From Auanema rhodensis (taxonomy: Eukaryota > Animalia > Nematoda): a DNA stretch of 64,000 nt. Made by a program: the position numbers and the translations under genes. Under the pieces are notes generated by a model, which saw only the letters and a list, made by a program, of their open reading frames with translations, was not told where the DNA came from and searched no databases. Positions 25,745 to 38,900 of the stretch are shown here, one piece after another. Position 1 is the stretch's first letter, and each line of letters opens with the position of its first letter. The stretch covers positions 14,508,001 through 14,572,000 of the forward strand of contig OZ059897.1 of the NCBI GenBank assembly GCA_964057225.1. Direction: 5' to 3'.

Positions 25745-28605
25745 TAGCTTTTATTCTCCTTCTGTACTCACTTAAACTCTTCCCTACCAGTATTCATATT
25801 ACTGGATGTATGCTTCTCTTCTGCTCACCCATTTAATACGGTTCTCCATAATAATGCTTGAAAAGTTTTTTTACAAGAAAAAAAGAGAAGATGTTGAAAA
25901 AATGAGAAGTCAAAATAGCTTCTTTTGTTTCATTAATATCTAATCTTTCCACATCATTTCTCTAAATATTTTTTTTCACTCGGAATAAACTTCTTAATAA
26001 AATTTCTCACTGCAGAATAGCAATAGAATAAAAATATTTTTATTTTAAGAAAATAAAAGAATAAGATAAGGAAATATGACACTCAAATAGAAATAAGATA
26101 GCTTACTATAACTGAATCAATCAAAATTCTGATAGAAAATAACCTTTTTTTCTGTGTCTATTTGTGTATGCGTGAGTTTATGTTTTTTTTTGAAACTTAG
26201 ACTGATTGGCTTTATTTCTATTTTGTTCAATACCTCGTAATGGAAACTCACAGTTTTTCAAAAATTAAAATTTAAAAAAAAACAGAATACGATTTGATAG
26301 AAAAATATGAAATAATACAATGAAATGATTGAATCAGAATTCAATATAAACAGTGGTAATATCACTTATATATATGAACAGATGTTTTTTTCAAATGTAT
26401 GATAAACAAATAAAGATTTTACAAAACTTTCCTCAAAAGGAAAAGAAGGAAATAATTCAAAATAATAGGAAAACACAAAAATCAGTTCGAGCATAATCAC
26501 AATTGAAATAGAAAAAAACGATTTCCCGTTTGATAATAAGGAAGATAATTATAATTAGAAGAGCAAAACAAGGACACAAGCAATATGAAATGTATTCTAT
26601 CTTTAGAATTTTCTATGTAAAACTAAGAAAAATGAATATTCTATATAGACTTGTACATGAGTTTCACCACGATATATAGATAGCTTGAAGAAGCTTCATT
26701 GTGTAATATAATGGCTTCTTCATGTAAAAACTAAGCTTAAAAAAATAAAAGAAAGGAAATATACAGATGATGATAGAGATTCAGACAATTGTTTATATGA
26801 AAAAGAAAAGAAAAGTAATACAAATTATAAGAGCTATGAGAGACTATCAACTGAGTTTCAGTACTGGAATATTCTCTTTTTCAATTTTCTTGTGTAAAAC
26901 CATGTTCTTCAAATAGCTACTTATATCTATTTTTTTAAATTTTTATTATATAAACATACAAATTTATTACTAAAGTTATAAAACATAAAAAAAAACATTT
27001 GTTTAATGTAAACTTTCAATTCTTATATTTGAATTCACTTATACATATGTATATTTTTATATATAATATAAGAAATTACAATAGTATTTTAAAATGATTA
27101 ATTAACATATAAAATTATATTTAAAATCTAAAATCTAAATAGTATCTTTTTTTTTTGCTAAATATTATACTTTATTTTTACAAACTATATCTTTTTTTTT
27201 GTGTTTTCTATGTGTTTTCGGATATATTTTTTGCTAATTTTCGTTTTTCACATAAGACACTTATCTCAAATGCTTATGTTAGATATCAGTTCAGGGAAGC
27301 AAAATGCGAACGACAAGCTGAAACTGCTTTTCCTTCATTTCATTTAACTTTGATTCACTCTCTATGTCATTGACGTTTTCGGTATGCCATCAACATTCAA
27401 GCTTTCAGATGAGGTTGCTCAAGTAGTTTGAATCAAAGTTCATCTTAGGGTTTAACTCGAAGACTCACTACTCGTGGAAAATCGAATGGTTGAAGGGATA
27501 AGACTACAGAAAAAAAAGCAAATGCAGGCCAAGATACTGCTTTTTTCAGTTTTTTTTCTAAACGTTAAAGCTTTGTATGTCAAACGTTTTGGAAATCAAA
27601 TGTTTTTCTGAGAAAAGAAATTATAAGATTACTACTGAATACACTGTATGTACTTAGATCAAGCAAAATATATTTAAAGAAAAGAAAAGAAAATTAAAAA
27701 TAGTTTATAACATCAGACTTTTTTATATAAATTTGCAAAAAAAATTATCTTAATGACATAATTATTTATATTATCAATAAAATATTAATATGCTTTATAT
27801 ATAATTTTAAAAAATAAGTTCCTGTTAATAAGAAAATTGAACTAACATATTCATTTGATATAATTATTCAAACATATAAAAACAAAAAATAAAACAACAA
27901 AAAAGTTTGAGATGGAGAATCAAAGGTGTTGTTCTCTGTTATATCCATGTATTTACATACAGATATGTAAGTCAACAAACTATGCATGATTTATAAAAAT
28001 TCTAATGAGCATAGAACAAGGTTTCAACTTATAAATTTGAAGCAAATTTTTGAACTTATTTATGAACTTTTTATGAATGTAAGAAAGTGAAACATTAAGT
28101 CTTTAAAAATACTCTCAATGTTCAGAGTTTAATCTTGTCATTGGCAAGTTGCAGAAGTTCGCTTAAATATGATAAAAGGTTCTTTCATATAGCTAACTTG
28201 AGGGAAACAAAAAAATTGCGACAAAAAATGGCATAAAATCTTTAGAAATTTTGAAAATAAAATTATATTTGCTGATTTGAAATGAAATTTTAAAGAATAA
28301 TAAGATATAACATATAGTATATGATGTACGTATGTATCAATAATTATATATTTAAAAAAAAAACTAACTATAGTTTAGAAAGATTGAAGACAATTATTTG
28401 TAAATGTTTTTTATCATCTTTATAATAGTAATAATAATATTATAATAAATATATATAATAGATACAATAATCTAAAATCATATGCAGAAAACATGAAAAT
28501 GTGCCGTCATCTAAAAAAACCAAAAATGAAAACTAAATAATTCTAAAAAGAAATAAAGTTTAGATGATATATAATTATATATAAATATTTTCAATTGTAG
28601 AATAG

Positions 28606-28637
<32 letters not shown>

Positions 28638-30392
28638 TATAACTTCTTTTTTGTAGACGTTTTACTACTCAGAGCTGAAAAACTACGTCATTCATCATTC
28701 ATATTCTGCACCCAAGAAAAAGAAAAAATCTTGATGTTTTGACACAAACACTTTTCACCAGAAGAACAGTAATGTAATTATTTAAAACTTTGAAAATTAT
28801 GAAAACTTAATGTATATCATGGGTATAAACTTAAATGTAGAAAACTCATATTTCTCATTATTAGAAGAAAGTAAAGATTTTACTAAAGAAATGTGAGCAA
28901 ATTCTTGTGACATAAGAAGTATCTCATGCTATTCATGAGATATAAGCAAATCATATGTATGTCCATGTCTGTGATGTGCGGGAATTTACCTTTACAAATT
29001 CTTTTTTAATTAGAAAAATCAAAAAGAAAACATTTCTTTTTTCACCAATATTCGTTCTCATTATGAATATGAATTTCGTTCTGCATATTTTGGAAATGTT
29101 TTCATGCTCAAGCCTATGTGGATGCACACGTCAACCAGGCAATACATTGACGATCTTTCTGCATCATTCGAAAGATTAAAATTTTGAAGCCTGTACTGCA
29201 AGTAAGCATAGTAAACGAAGAGAATAAGAAGGAATGGGGGATAAAGAAAGAGATGAAAGCAGGAAGGTGAACTGACAGAAAGAGAGAGAGAGATAGAGAG
29301 AGAGAGATGGAAACAGGAGTGAAGATATACATGAAAACAACATATTAATTATAACTACAACAACTTCCCAAATATAGTTAGTTGAAGCTTTATTAACAAA
29401 CTATACATTTATGCCTATATGCTTAGCGTATATACCTGAAGATAAAGTTACAAATATTATTTCTTTGAATAATTAATGAAAATATCTAAAGAAAAGAATA
29501 TTGTTGAAGCTTATATTATATTTTGATTGAAGTTGTAGAAAAACCGATAACGGGATGTAAGAGTTCGTAGAGAGAAGAGCAAAAGCACATAATTATGACT
29601 AAACTTTACTATTGTTTAGAGCTACAAAGTAATAAGTAAAAAATGGATCAGCTGACCTAATACTGAATACTGGAACTAGCTCATCTGAACAATATATTTT
29701 TATTTATTTATAAATTATAATATATAATGAAATTACTCTTTTATGATTTTATTAAACTTCTAAACATTTTTGCGAACAAAGTGGAAAAAGAAGATGTCAG
29801 ATAAAGGAAGGCTGAAAAAGAGAAAAATAGACATAGATAGCAAGATGTTAAGAGATATATAGAGAGAATCAGAAGCAGAAGAGAGGGTACGGTTGAGAGG
29901 TAAAGATTAAGGAATAAGAAAAAGACGAAAAAGGATGGGATAAGAATGAATAGAAGTAAAAGACTATGTGATGAATTCATAGTCATTTTAAAACTCCAAA
30001 GATCATGCGTGAGAGGTCTTATACTTGAGCAACAAAAAGAAAAGTTTCGATTTAAATACAAATTACAATCTAATATAATGATTTTCATTTCCTGATGGCT
30101 GTCGGACATTACCCAATTGCTCAACCTTAAGCTCTGTTTTTTTCATCTTTAGATCCTTCTTTCGTCTTTCGTTCATGATGTCGGTTTAACAAGGGATGTA
30201 ACATTTGATATAATTAACAAATTTAGTGTAAATCATAATTTACATATAGTGTAATATGATAAAAAGATATATTGATATTACTTCAATAATCTAATTTTTT
30301 TTTATAAAAATTGAATGTTTCGTGTTAACAAGACTTTAAGAAAGTATATCTACATCATTAAAAAAAAGATAATTTGAATGAAACATATAGTA

Positions 30393-30420
30393 TCTCTCTC
30401 TTTCTCTCTCTCTCTCTATT

Positions 30421-30451
<31 letters not shown>

Positions 30452-30500
30452 ATTTCTCTCTTTCTCTCTCTCTCGCTCTCTCTCTCTTTCTTTCTTTCTT
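30393..30500 (+). repeat. Interrupted (TC)n/(TTTC)n microsatellite
   Basis: Degenerate TC repeat. Confidence 0.9.
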
Positions 30501-32482
30501 CTTCTTGGTATTTTGAGTGAAAACTGAAAATTAAAATTTTTTAATGAACCATTTGATGCTATTGCCTTTTCACTTTCTCTACCATATATCTCTGACTTAG
30601 TTATTTCAATGCGAACTTCCAGACATACATCTCGATCAAGTTCAACTACTTTTTTGCTCTCAATTGAGAAAAATAATCATAGCATTTGTGAATTTATTTT
30701 TTGCATACATGCTACTTTGGACAATTATTAGCTGCAGCAAAAAGAATATTTTCAAACTTATTCTTAAACGGTTGAAGACTATCTTGATTATTTTGCCAAA
30801 AAAATTTATCCATCCAAGTATATTCACTTGAAACAAATAAGAATTGATTTCATTAGAGAAATAATGATAGTGATGAGTAATAACCTGGATATATGTAAAA
30901 GAAAACAAAGAAAATTACATATTCAGTATACTGATATGACTTTCTTATATTGAAAATAAATAATTTACAAAAACGTTTAATTCTGTTGCAAGTCACAGCA
31001 TCGAAAACCAAAAATAGAAAGAGGGGAGGGAACGCTTTACATTCAAATTTGAATTTAAAAGTGATCGAAAGCTTGAAGAAAGAGTGGGCTATACTGCTAG
31101 AAGTTTCATGTCTAATATGTGCAAGAACCGATAAAGAGCCGAAAACTCAAAAAGGATCTGTGAGCCTCTGGATGAATGCTGATGGTGTTGATGATGATGA
31201 GGACGTCGTCAGTTGGTTAACTGCTGCTTATTTCTTGCACGCCGGAATAGATGATGCGTCATCTCAAGTGCTCACATGGCAAAAGCCACCCAATCCAAAG
31301 CGGCCCATCATCTAGTATGTTCTGTAGGATTTCATTTCCTTCGCTCAAAACTTGTATGACATTAGGATTATTGTAATTTGGAATAGAAACGGAAAGGATG
31401 TTAGCCATGATGGCATAAATTCTTGATTTTTTCGATTTTCTGAATCTGAAAGGCAACCAATGGCTTTAGTTTTTTAAAGTTTTCAGAAAATAAAAAAAAA
31501 CAATAAAATCAGGAATATTGGACAGCCAAGCCATAGTTTACGTTCGTGATGCTATTAAGAATTTAATTGAATCAAATAAGCTGCTCTACTTTTTTTAAAG
31601 CTTTTAGATCATTCCAATGATTCTAGATTCCTCTAACCTTGTAGATCTTCAATACTTGTTCAAATGAATAAAGCATTCAGCAATAAGAGTATTCTTAAGA
31701 ATCAATTTTAATGAGAGAATTGTCTATCTCTTTTCATTTCATGAGATATATTAATTATAAAATATATAATATTAGCTATAAAAGAGGAAAACTTAACAAA
31801 ATAATTATAATTATGATCTCAAAAAACATATATATTCTTAAAAATAATATACTAATACTGATATAAGGTCTTATGAAAAAAAGTGTTCAAAAAAAGGAAA
31901 AAATGAGGAAATATCTTCTTACTTTAGCTTCACCTTATCGGTTAAAATTTTTTAAGGATGGTAACAATTAAAAAAGAGTTAAATGGCTACAAACAAAACC
32001 ATTGGTTTCTGAAATTGTCACAACTAACTAATTGATGTTTTGAGCATGTACTCATTGCACATTAAACTTTAGTGAACCTTAATTGAATCAAGAAAAACTT
32101 TGAGAAAAACAAAAAAGGTTTTGTACTTTCACAACCTCTACATAGAAAATCGAGTTTTATGAAGTTTCTCAAATCATGCCTTGATGCTATGCTCCAAAAA
32201 AATTTATTCGCTTTCAGTGTTTTGCATTTACTTTTCTTCTAATCTGGACCAGTTAAGCAACAACAGATTTGGAGTGTTTTCTGTTTTTTTTGCTTTTCAT
32301 ATTCGCAAAAATTCGCACGGTGTATGTAAAATGATTTTTAAAGTTTGCTTTCTAAACATTCTCTCAGATAAATTCAAAACAGTAAGATTGGAAAAAAACT
32401 TTTTTGAGAATTGTCATAGATTAGAAAGAATGAAAAAACAAAGACTTATAAGACCAAACCCCCTTAAACCATATCATGTTTC

Positions 32483-32487
32483 AAAAA
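32483..32487 (-). terminator. RNA polymerase III oligo-T terminator of tRNA-Pro
   Basis: TTTTT a few nt downstream of the tRNA 3' end on the minus strand. Confidence 0.75.
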
Positions 32488-32491
32488 GTTG

Positions 32492-32563
32492 GGGCCGAGC
32501 CGGGGATCGATCCCGGGACCTCTCGCACCCTAAGCGAGAATCATACCACTAGACCACTCGGCC
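32492..32563 (-). tRNA. tRNA-Pro(AGG)
   Basis: GGCCGAGTGGTCTAGTGGTATGATTCTCGCTTAGGGTGCGAGAGGTCCCGGGATCGATCCCCGGCTCGGCCC. Acceptor stem GGCCGAG/CTCGGCC; anticodon arm CTCGC-TTAGGGT-GCGAG; A-box TGGTCTAGTGG. Confidence 0.97.
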
Positions 32564-33007
32564 TACTAAGTTGCCCTCAATGAGTAGTTCAAGTACTACA
32601 TTTGTCTTGTATATGAGAGACTAATGTTTCTCTATTTTCAATAGAAATCTTTATCTAATTAATTGAGAAAATATATTGTAACATCAAAAAAAAATTTTTT
32701 TTTTAATAATTAAAACAAATAATGTTATTTTGATTTATTATATGAATTTACTAATTAGTAAAAACAATAAACATATTTTGTACACATTGATACGTTGATA
32801 CAAAGAAAAACAATTGAAACTAATAGAAAATCCGAAGAAAAATAAGAAATAAATAAAAATTCAAATACTTAAATTTGAAAAAATGACATGAAAACCTTTG
32901 TTCGAACCTTTGTGAACAAAGAAAATAAATATATTGCACGTTGAATGAGACGAAACGAAGTCGTTTTGTTTTTCGTAATAGATCATTTCCTAAAATAGTT
33001 TGAGCTC

Positions 33008-35877
33008 CTATGAAAGCCAACTTGGTGAAAGAACGACTTCAGCAGATACAAGCTTGGATTCAATGAGAGGAGAAAGAGCATATGGAGAGAGGACGACAGC
33101 AGATAAAACCTGTGGAGATAAGATGATGGGAGAAAGTACGAAAGGACTAAGAATCAATGGTGAACCAACCATAGGAGTTAAAATCAGAGGATTTAGTACC
33201 ATAGGAGAGAGAATGATTGGGGTAAAAACTTGTGGAGATAAAATGAATGGAGATAATACTAGAGGTGTGAGTACTAGGGGATTGAATATACCTGGTGTTA
33301 AAATCAAAGGATGAAGAACTAGGGGAGACAGAATAATTGGAGAGAAAATCATTGGAGACAAAATGAGAGGAGAGAGGACACGAGGAGATAGGACCAAAGG
33401 AATAAATACCCAAGGACTAAGAGTGATAGGTCCAAGTACAGCAGGAGACAAAGAAATAGGGGATAATACTAATGGGGAAAGTATAACAGGCTGTGATAAC
33501 AAAGTTCCTTGTCTAACTAATGGAGTTAAAACAATTGGACTACCTACAATATCATGTTGGCGAGTTTCAAGTCTTTCAGCACGGGCCATAGCGCGGATAC
33601 TAAAAATCAAGATTATAGTTGCTCAAGTTTCAAAAAATAAAAAAGCTGAAGAATAGCAAAAAATGATTAACTTACTCCTTCTCAATGTAATGGCTTGGAT
33701 CATCTTTGGCTCTCATACGCATAAACTTCTTCAAGCTACCGGGGCGATGGTATGGGGAATTTTTACCGTACATAACTTGAAGCTGTTCAGGGGTTAAGAA
33801 AGCAAATCCTTTTTTTTCCATATGTTCTTTCTATAATCAGTTTCTCGATGTAAAAAAATTTGTTTCAATATGTCGTACCTGTTCCACGGTATACATCTTA
33901 TCCAATTTTTCGAAAATTTCGATTCTTTCAACTTCGCTGACTTCCGTAACGTTTTCTTTGGTCATATAGAGAGGAGTTCCATTTGGACCAACCATTTCTT
34001 GCTCTTGCTTCTTTAGGGTGTCCTTTTCAGCTTTATCAAGAGTATCACTAACTCCTAAAAATTAATATTATATTTTCATACAATATCTTGATAAAACCTG
34101 AAGCTTCAACAACGAAATCCATCCAAGCGTCTTGATTTGAAACATTAACACCTTGAAGCAACTTGGGTAACGAAAATTGACGTTCTTCGGTGTTTCCGTC
34201 CTCGTGAAGGGAAAACAGAGAGGGTGAAAGCAAATTGAACTAAAGAATGTCGCTCAGCAATTTTTAAAATATCCATAGATTCTTACCAAAGTATCATCTT
34301 CTTGCTCTGGTATAATAGACATGAGGCGTGGAGAAGCCAATTTCAATGTTTTATTATCGAAGTCAGATACGTTTTTACCAGCAAACATCAGAGCCAACTA
34401 TAAAATTCAATTGTTGCATCAGTTATATTTTGAAATTATACCTTAACAGCTTCGCGAAGTGTTTGCATTGGCACTCGGAATTCATCGGCTGCTTTATCGT
34501 TTTGTTCTTTTCTTAACTGTTCTTGCTGATCTTCTAGTTCCATTTTTTTCATTGCTAGTGGTTTTCTAGGATCGAGGAATTCGGTAGGAGTTCCACGGAT
34601 CATAGTCATAAGTTTTCTTTTGAGATCTTCTCTTCTTTCCTTGGCAAGCTTAGCTTGTTCTCCAATCTTTTTAACACGTACTAAGGCATCTCTCCATCTG
34701 AAAATGGCTTTTGTGAGATTATAATTTGTTTTACTCAGTATTACGATTCAGAAGTTTCTTTGTTTTTCAAAGCTCTAACAGTTTTTGTCATTTGACGAGC
34801 AACAGATGAAATTGGATCAGAGTCGTGAATACTCTTGAGATGATAGGAATCTCTTGTTACAACCTAGAATATTATTTTAAATATATATCTTTATTTTAAA
34901 TTGTGTTACCTTATAAGAAGCATCACGCTTGGCTCTAGCAGTTCCGAAGCCACCAACCCAGATAAGATCATCTTTAGAATTGTTAGTAACAATAGTTTCG
35001 TTTGCAACAACTTTTTGAGTTTTCTTGATGGTTTTTCTTTTCAAATGTGAAGTTGGAGTATCTGAATTAATATAGATGAATAAATATATATTATTACCCA
35101 TTTCTTTACCTTTTTCTACAACTGACACCTTAATACCCTTTGCAGCATCTAGAACACGAACAACACAACGAGCATGCTCAGGTACTGTTTTAGCGGACTT
35201 TGAACATTCTTCAATAGCTTCCTTTTCATCATCAACGACATGATGCATTCTTTAAAATTAAACATGAATGAATCATTGTTAATTATATTAAATCTTGTTC
35301 AGCACTATTGAATTTACTATCCACTTAATAGATTTTCCAAAAAAAAGCTTATCCAAGAAATATGTAATTAGTATGTTTAACGGTCGCTGCATAATACATC
35401 AGACAACTTGAAACAGTTTAAATAAAAATTGGATGATAAAAAGGCGATTTCTCTAATGTGATTTAACAATGATTTCAATTCAAGAAGCTTACTTTGTGCT
35501 AGCTACAGCAGCCATTAATCCAGAGAAAGCCTGGCCAAGCCATTTGTCCATTAATTCGAATGAAGCTGTCTGGTCCAAAGGTAATTTTAAGGCATTTCCA
35601 TCCTTAAAATTGCTACTATGTTTATATTTAAAAATTGTGTTCTAACTTGATACGCATGTTGAGGCGGAAGTTGAACAGGCTCAGAACAATAAACGACTTG
35701 CAACACTGTAATACAAATTAAAATAAATTATAAAAGCAATAAAACAGTAAATTTTGAATATTCATTAGTTTTAAAAATTAAAAAAATTCTATATCATTCT
35801 TTATAGGTATAGTTATACAATAATAATAGTAGTAGTTACCAACCTACAAGAGATGTAGTGAGAATTTGAAGAAGCAT
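33008..35877 (-). CDS. MLT-10/MLTN family moulting-cycle protein (DUF644), secreted
   Basis: Signal peptide [11 protein letters not shown].., then [38 protein letters not shown], dibasic site [31 protein letters not shown], and a C-terminal tandem array of hydrophobic xxLSP/LTP pentapeptides (33008-33560) ending VLSPSWLS*. Confidence 0.9.
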
Positions 35878-35987
35878 TCGAATTTGAAGATTCAGATCTA
35901 ACTAAATCTCTAATTAATTGAGGTAGGAGACTATCTGCAGCAGCCACCAACGAAATAGCTATCAGATTTGGATCGCTCACCTGCCTC

Positions 35988-35993
35988 TTTATA
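35988..35993 (-). promoter_or_regulatory. Candidate TATA box of the MLT-10-family gene
   Basis: CTTATAAAGAGGC on the minus strand, ~110 nt upstream of the ATG at 35877. Confidence 0.4.
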
Positions 35994-38900
35994 AGCGAAG
36001 AAGGGCGGACGATTTACGTTAAAGAGCGAGATAGTGAACAGAGAGGATTCTCAACACATTGAACATCCAACGCCAACGTTTTGAATGTGTGATGTCGCTG
36101 AGTACAGGCATATCTGACGTCTTCTTTCCTGTGGTCACCCCTTGCACCCTCTTCATCTCGCAATACTCTTAGTTTCTTCTGATACTTCTGCAACATCATG
36201 ATCATCTTTAAACGCGCAAACTCTCCTGTCGTCCAAATAGCTACCTAGCCAGATTTCTCATGGCTATCTCGGAAAAGAATCAGATATATCAATGAAACTG
36301 GGAGCTGAAAGGAGAGAAAATTTTGAACGAAAATTTCGTCTTATCGTGCATACAGTGTCCGATCAAAGTGTATATCATTTCAGTTGGCGATGAAGAAAAA
36401 TAAAAAGAATGAAGAATAAAGAGAGATTATGATAGATAATCAAATGAAAAAAAAAATTGGTCCCTTTACTTCATGAATTCCTACACTTCTTGATCTTTCT
36501 TTTGAAGATAATGAGTCTTATCTCTCAGTCTTGATCAACCTTTTACTCTCAATTTCCAATCAGCCATTTCTTCCTAAATTTCCTTGTTTCCACTTGGTTT
36601 CACCTAATTAATAAACAAATTCGTTTAATTAAAATTCTTCCATTCAAACTCCGAGGTCGTTTCAGTACAAATTTTCTTAATGAGTTCATAATGACCTCTT
36701 AGATCAAAATGTCTTCTTCGTTGACCATACATCAAATTATCGTTGTGCTAAATATTATGAATTTAAAAATAAACAAATGAAATAATTGTCTTTGTAAAAG
36801 ATGTTTGCTTCATATATTCCATAAGAACCTAATGTGTATAAGACTTAAAATGAATAAAATTAAATTTATTCACTTTGTGTTTGTAGTTTCATCATTCATT
36901 CCAAGAAAAAGGTAACTGAAAATTAATGGCAATTCGCTTCCATTAATTTAAAATTCGAAACACTATGAAAATGTTATTATAGATTCACTTTCCATCTAAG
37001 CAGTGTAGATCAAACGATAAAACGAAAACCATAGACATGACCTTTTTAACTGTGAAATCTAATGTTGAAAACTTTTTCAGAACCCAAAAACTATAACTGT
37101 TTATCAATGTATTATATATATTACTTCTTATATACTCATAAATGAAACATACATATTTAAACAATTAAGACGGTATGGATACAATTGATATAACTGACAG
37201 AAACTTTTAAATATTAAGATTTATAAACTATTAAAATTTTAAAATTTGATAATATTGATAATAGTACAAAAATTTAAAACAAATATTTTTTTTTACTTTA
37301 TAACTATATTGAGTACAATGTACCTTTGTTCTTTCTTTCTTTAATCTACATCAATCAGGTTTTATCTCGAAACAATTGTCCTAAATGTTTGACGTAGAAA
37401 AGGATTTTCCAAAAACGGTCTGTATTGTGAGATTCTTATGATGAAAGATTTTATCACTTGCCATAGATGTTCTCGATACAAGCTTTATCATTATTTTAAA
37501 AAAAAAGAAGAAGATGCTTTTTTTTTGGAACAAATTCCGATTCGGCCACTGCCTGTTATCGAGGAGATAAGTACGAATACTCTTTCCAAATATTGATGAT
37601 ATGGATGCTAACGTTTTGTCCAAAACTGGTTGTTGCGATGAGAAAGTCCAAGATGCATTAGCACGTTTCCTGGTCAATAGAGACCAAAATGTGCTGCAAA
37701 TCCTGTCAACACTTATGATGATTTAGCAAAACCGTCATCAACCATAATTATAGGAGATTCTGGATATGATAATGTATTTCTAAAGTGCAATGAAATCGAG
37801 ATTTATATGAAGATGGAGACAATAAGACTAGGTGCAAACGTTGTGAAAGATTGATGCAACGTGTTAACGTGGAGTAAAAATTGAATTTCAAATAGTTTCT
37901 TATCCTATATTGGGTTCATAAACCAGAAAGCTATAAAACATTTGCTAAAGAATATTTATTTGGCAAAGCTTAAAAGATCAATTTGTTCTTCTCATCTTCT
38001 ATGTAGTTTATTCTTTTCCAGTGTGCTGGTCACAAATTTAGTTTCATCATCATTCTCATCACAAATATCCAGCATGTTTGCATATTTCTTGCCTATATCC
38101 GTTTAATCTTTTCGATTTTTCAATATTTCTCTTTAATAGTAGTACGTGAAACATCGGAAGTTTCTTTTACAAAGTTCCATACAATGGTTTTAATTTCAAT
38201 CCAAATGGTAGCACCAGCTGATGTATCAAATTAGGTGGAAAAATGTGGATACATTTGATTCTTGTTCTTTATGAACACGGACTTTGTGCGATCGAAATTC
38301 ATTCCGAATAAAGATATTTCGAACTTCTGAATAAATGAGGAGAGAATCAAATTAGTATCAAGAAATTCTAAATGGTTGGTCACGTTTTATGATAATAAGA
38401 TATGATCTCATTCATCTATTTTGCTTACGTGAATGAATATAGTGCTTCAAAAAATCTTATTAACTTAAAGTATTCATTCATGTGTCATCCAATAAATCAT
38501 TATTCATTATCCTGAAGGCTTTCAAAAAAATTTTGTCTTGAACACCTCCTTCTTCATTAGTGAATTGATGTTATATATAATATGAATAGCACTTACCGTA
38601 ATTGAATCGGTTTTTGAAGAAAACCTTTTTGCGCTCTCGTTTTTTTCACAATTTCGCCGTGTTTGCTTTTTACTATCGACTATGTTCTTGGATTACGGTA
38701 GATTTGTACCGTAATCTAAGATATATATATATAAAATATCTCATAGAGTATTTATATACTTTTTAATATAAAATATTTTATATTAAAAGAAATATTAATG
38801 AAATAGTTTATTATATAATATTTATTTAAAGGGATAATATGATAGTTATATGAAAAATATTTTCAATACATCAAAATACGATAGAAAATTGATCGGACAG

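Noticed and set aside
30950-31456. Overlapping 121-aa (+) and 65-aa (-) ORFs in a GC-richer island
   Set aside because: No recognisable domain and no consistent exon chain; left as unexplained non-coding sequence.
32181-32552. 123-aa plus-strand ORF
   Set aside because: Low-complexity frame running antisense through the tRNA-Pro gene.
33000-33656. Plus-strand repetitive ORFs (104 aa and 97 aa, GER/GDK/GLR repeats)
   Set aside because: Antisense shadows of the LSP-repeat exon of the MLT-10-family gene; not collagen-like and no independent gene structure.
36130-37050. GGTCA half-sites upstream of the MLT-10-family gene (possible NHR-23/ROR elements)
   Set aside because: Biologically plausible, but they lack a clear extended consensus and are short enough to occur by chance.
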